Shown: in pieces, positions 62,480 through 64,000 of the stretch | Layout of the letters: each line of letters opens with the position of its first letter | Position numbering within the stretch: position 1 is the stretch's first letter | Assembly (NCBI RefSeq): GCF_009834535.1 | Contig: NC_045698.1 | Span: 11,596,001 to 11,660,000, forward strand | Length of the DNA: 64,000 nucleotides | DNA from: Camelus ferus | Taxonomy: Eukaryota | Direction: 5' to 3' | Translations under genes and position numbers: made by a program | Notes under the pieces: generated by a model | Told to the model about the DNA's origin: nothing | The model's input: only the letters and a program-made list of their open reading frames with translations | Database searches by the model: none

Positions 62480-64000
62480 TTTTCATATAATGGGCCACAT
62501 GTTTCAAAAGACATAGGCCTGAAACACAGGAGCTGGGGGATCAAAAGGAATTGAAGAGGGTTCACCTCAAATGAGCTTTACATCCTGACATCTAGTTTCC
62601 TTTTGCCAGAAATCCTTTATGTTCCAGATGCATTACATAATTTTAGCGGAGTTCCATTTGGACAGCTCAGTATTGTGTAATTAATTAGATTTGGCCTCCG
62701 TTAGGCTTATTAATTAGTTGGTCCAGACTGTCTGCACGCCAGTTCAGTAACAACGTGATGGTCACAGGCCGCAGGCACAGTGGAGTGGACCCTGCTGGGC
62801 CTTTGCGTCTGGGCGAACTGGTGGGGGTGATTTTATGCTCCTGTAGTGTGTCCTGGGACACAGGAAACTGTGTGGCTTTGGGCTCAGAGTCAGCATGACT
62901 GCAAGGTCTGGGAAGCCGTGCTCAGGTGGCAGGTTTCCCACGTGTGAGGCTCGGCAGATCCTTGACAAGGACGGTGAGTGAACAAAGGGACAGACTTACT
63001 AAGAATAAGAAACATGGATGCTTTACGCCTGTTTGGTGTTACCAAGTTTAAAATGGGTTAAAATTCAAATGCCTGGCTCTTTGAAGTGACTGGGTTTAAA
63101 ATTACATCAGGGAGCTGAGAAAAAAAGAATGACTCTTGATTACAATACACTGGGAAGCTCAATTATTTACTCTTATCACAGAAAGCATTTCTCATTGTGG
63201 ATAGAAGAAGTAATTCGAGATTTTTGAAGCTTGTTTTTAAAGAAGGTTAAACTGTTCAAAATCCATAATGAGCTCTCTAAAATTTTCGGTTTTGTATCAC
63301 TTCACTAACGATGCAAATGTGTCTGAACGTGCAGAGACGTTCTTCACGTCCTGATAAACATTCAAATTAGTAACTTTGCACTGAACAGCTAAAAAGGACA
63401 GACCATTAAGGAAATGGAAGTTATTAAACCAACTAGAAATACAGAGATTTCTCTTTGAACACTGATGTCATTTTGATAATTTCTTTACCCACTATATACT
63501 GCTGTCTTATTTTTACCATTATGTGCAGAAAAATGGGGTTGTTTACATTCTTTCTCTAGGAAAATAATGTTTTTTCCCACAACTAGGAAACACCCACTCA
63601 GCACCCCTGGCCTGGAAGTCCCATATTATCCACCAGCCTCAACCGAAAGGAGCTGTGTGAATGGACCGTGAACTTGGACAATAAAAACAGAAGATGAGTG
63701 TCTTGGGGCTCCTCTCTCTCCACCCCAATGGTATCCAAGACCTGGATTTCAATTTGTAAGACACTTCTGAATCTTGAACAAAATTTGTCAACTGCTGAAC
63801 ACTTTCGTCCTCTAAAATTTGATATGTAAATATGTGCATATTTTTTCATTTAAATTTCTTCCCAGGTTTGGAAAGGAAAGTAATACAACAGTAAACAGAT
63901 TAGCTAAATAATTGCTATTATTTCCTTTGTTTCCATAAGATGTAAATAGGTGTGACTCCCTTGTATTCCTGAAAAGCTGTTCACTTCTACACAGCTATTG

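Overview
Mammalian (eutherian) genomic DNA. It is AT-rich, CpG-depleted and dense in interspersed repeats. The only protein-coding content I can support is the 3' half of MARCHF11 (MARCH11, membrane-associated RING-CH E3 ubiquitin ligase) on the minus strand. It consists of a 193-bp internal exon encoding the two transmembrane helices (60441-60633) and the terminal coding exon (42243-42565) ending in the PDZ-binding motif VTSV*, separated by a 17,875-bp GT-AG intron. The RING-CH exons lie beyond the right edge. Positions 1 to about 41,900 are downstream intergenic DNA. The rest is MIR, L2, L1, MaLR (MLT1), ERV1 LTRs, DNA-transposon MITEs (Tigger1-derived, MER3, MER5A, MER58) and microsatellites. 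The L1 3' ends and Tigger1a-type MITE look cetartiodactyl, and I recognised no Alu, B1, Bov-tA, PRE1, CHR or SINEC, which suggests a camelid (inference). I see no evidence of a novel multi-gene system. The best leads are a possible intronic-polyadenylation MARCHF11 isoform, an ERV1 remnant with an Env-like membrane-anchor micro-ORF, a MER41-like LTR with decayed GAS sites, a twin-primed L1, and an unexplained ~60-bp duplicated non-repeat motif. Repeat subfamily names are recalled from memory of consensus sequences and were not searched, so treat them as provisional.
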